From a virus (taxonomy: Duplodnaviria; Caudoviricetes): a stretch of DNA of 45,191 nucleotides. Below, one piece after another: positions 44,918 to 45,191 of the stretch. Numbering within the stretch: the first letter of the stretch is position 1; every line of letters begins with the position of its first letter. Below the pieces are notes generated by a model. That model did no database searches. It was not told the DNA's origin and saw nothing but the letters and a program-made list of their open reading frames with translations. Location: the IMG/VR virus record IMGVR_UViG_3300031520_000007, positions 1 through 45,191 of that record. One strand, given 5' to 3'. A program made the position numbers and the translations under genes.

Positions 44918-45055
44918 GTGAGCGAAAGGACGACACGCGTCGCTAGGAAGATGTGGTTCGCTGTTGCTTACCTGCTCGGCGGGGCCGGGCTTGCGATCAT
45001 GGTCCTAGGCCGCGGAGGGCTTTGGGAACACGTCGTTGGAGCTATGTGCAAGTGA
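44918..45055 (+). CDS. Small single-TM protein (45 aa)
   Basis: Manual translation from GTG after GGAG: MSERTTRVARKMWFAVAYLLGGAGLAIMVLGRGGLWEHVVGAMCK. Confidence 0.45.
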   Translation: MSERTTRVARKMWFAVAYLLGGAGLAIMVLGRGGLWEHVVGAMCK

Positions 45056-45191
45056 GCGATCAAACGGCGATTATGCACTTGACGACACTTGTCGATCCGG
45101 TGTATGACTTCGCCCATGAGCAGCGACCATACCTTGCCCCCGAGCGACAAGAACCCCCAAGGCGACCTGACCCTAATGACGGTCATGCAGC

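Noticed and set aside
45079-45191. Partial ORF at 45116 (MSSDHTLPPSDKNP...) after TTGACG, resembling the XRE N-terminus (MSGSDHGQPSSKDENP), as a possible terminal repeat
   Set aside because: Too short and truncated by the window edge, and no convincing DNA-level repeat is seen.

Overview
GC-rich DNA, probably alphaproteobacterial (inferred from gene families and codon style). It holds an essentially complete late region of a temperate myovirus with an HK97-type head and a Mu/SfV-type contractile tail: HNH-terS-terL-portal-protease-capsid-neck-sheath-tube-chaperone-tape measure-baseplate-fibres-lysis, ~3.1-44.9 kb, nearly all on the + strand. Directly to its left, transcribed divergently, is the start of a VirB-type T4SS operon (virB1, partial virB2), separated only by an XRE regulator and two paralogous unknown genes. 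No integrase, replication or CI/Cro module lies in the window. Most notable observations: (1) two related cloverleaf/tRNA-like non-coding elements in intergenic gaps at ~23.7 kb and ~41.3 kb, with conserved ends and unrelated middles; (2) a ~12 kb accessory block (26.8-38.7 kb) of fibre and polysaccharide-degrading proteins linked by shared N-terminal modules (a DUF2635-like domain fused to a repeat fibre, and a duplicated 31-aa helix), two members of which carry apparent signal peptides; (3) three free-standing HNH insertions, two with a shared promoter-hairpin-TRACCAC leader; (4) antisense morons: a PEP-CTERM protein, HigBA and a secreted protein. All family calls are from motif recognition and synteny by eye, not database searches.
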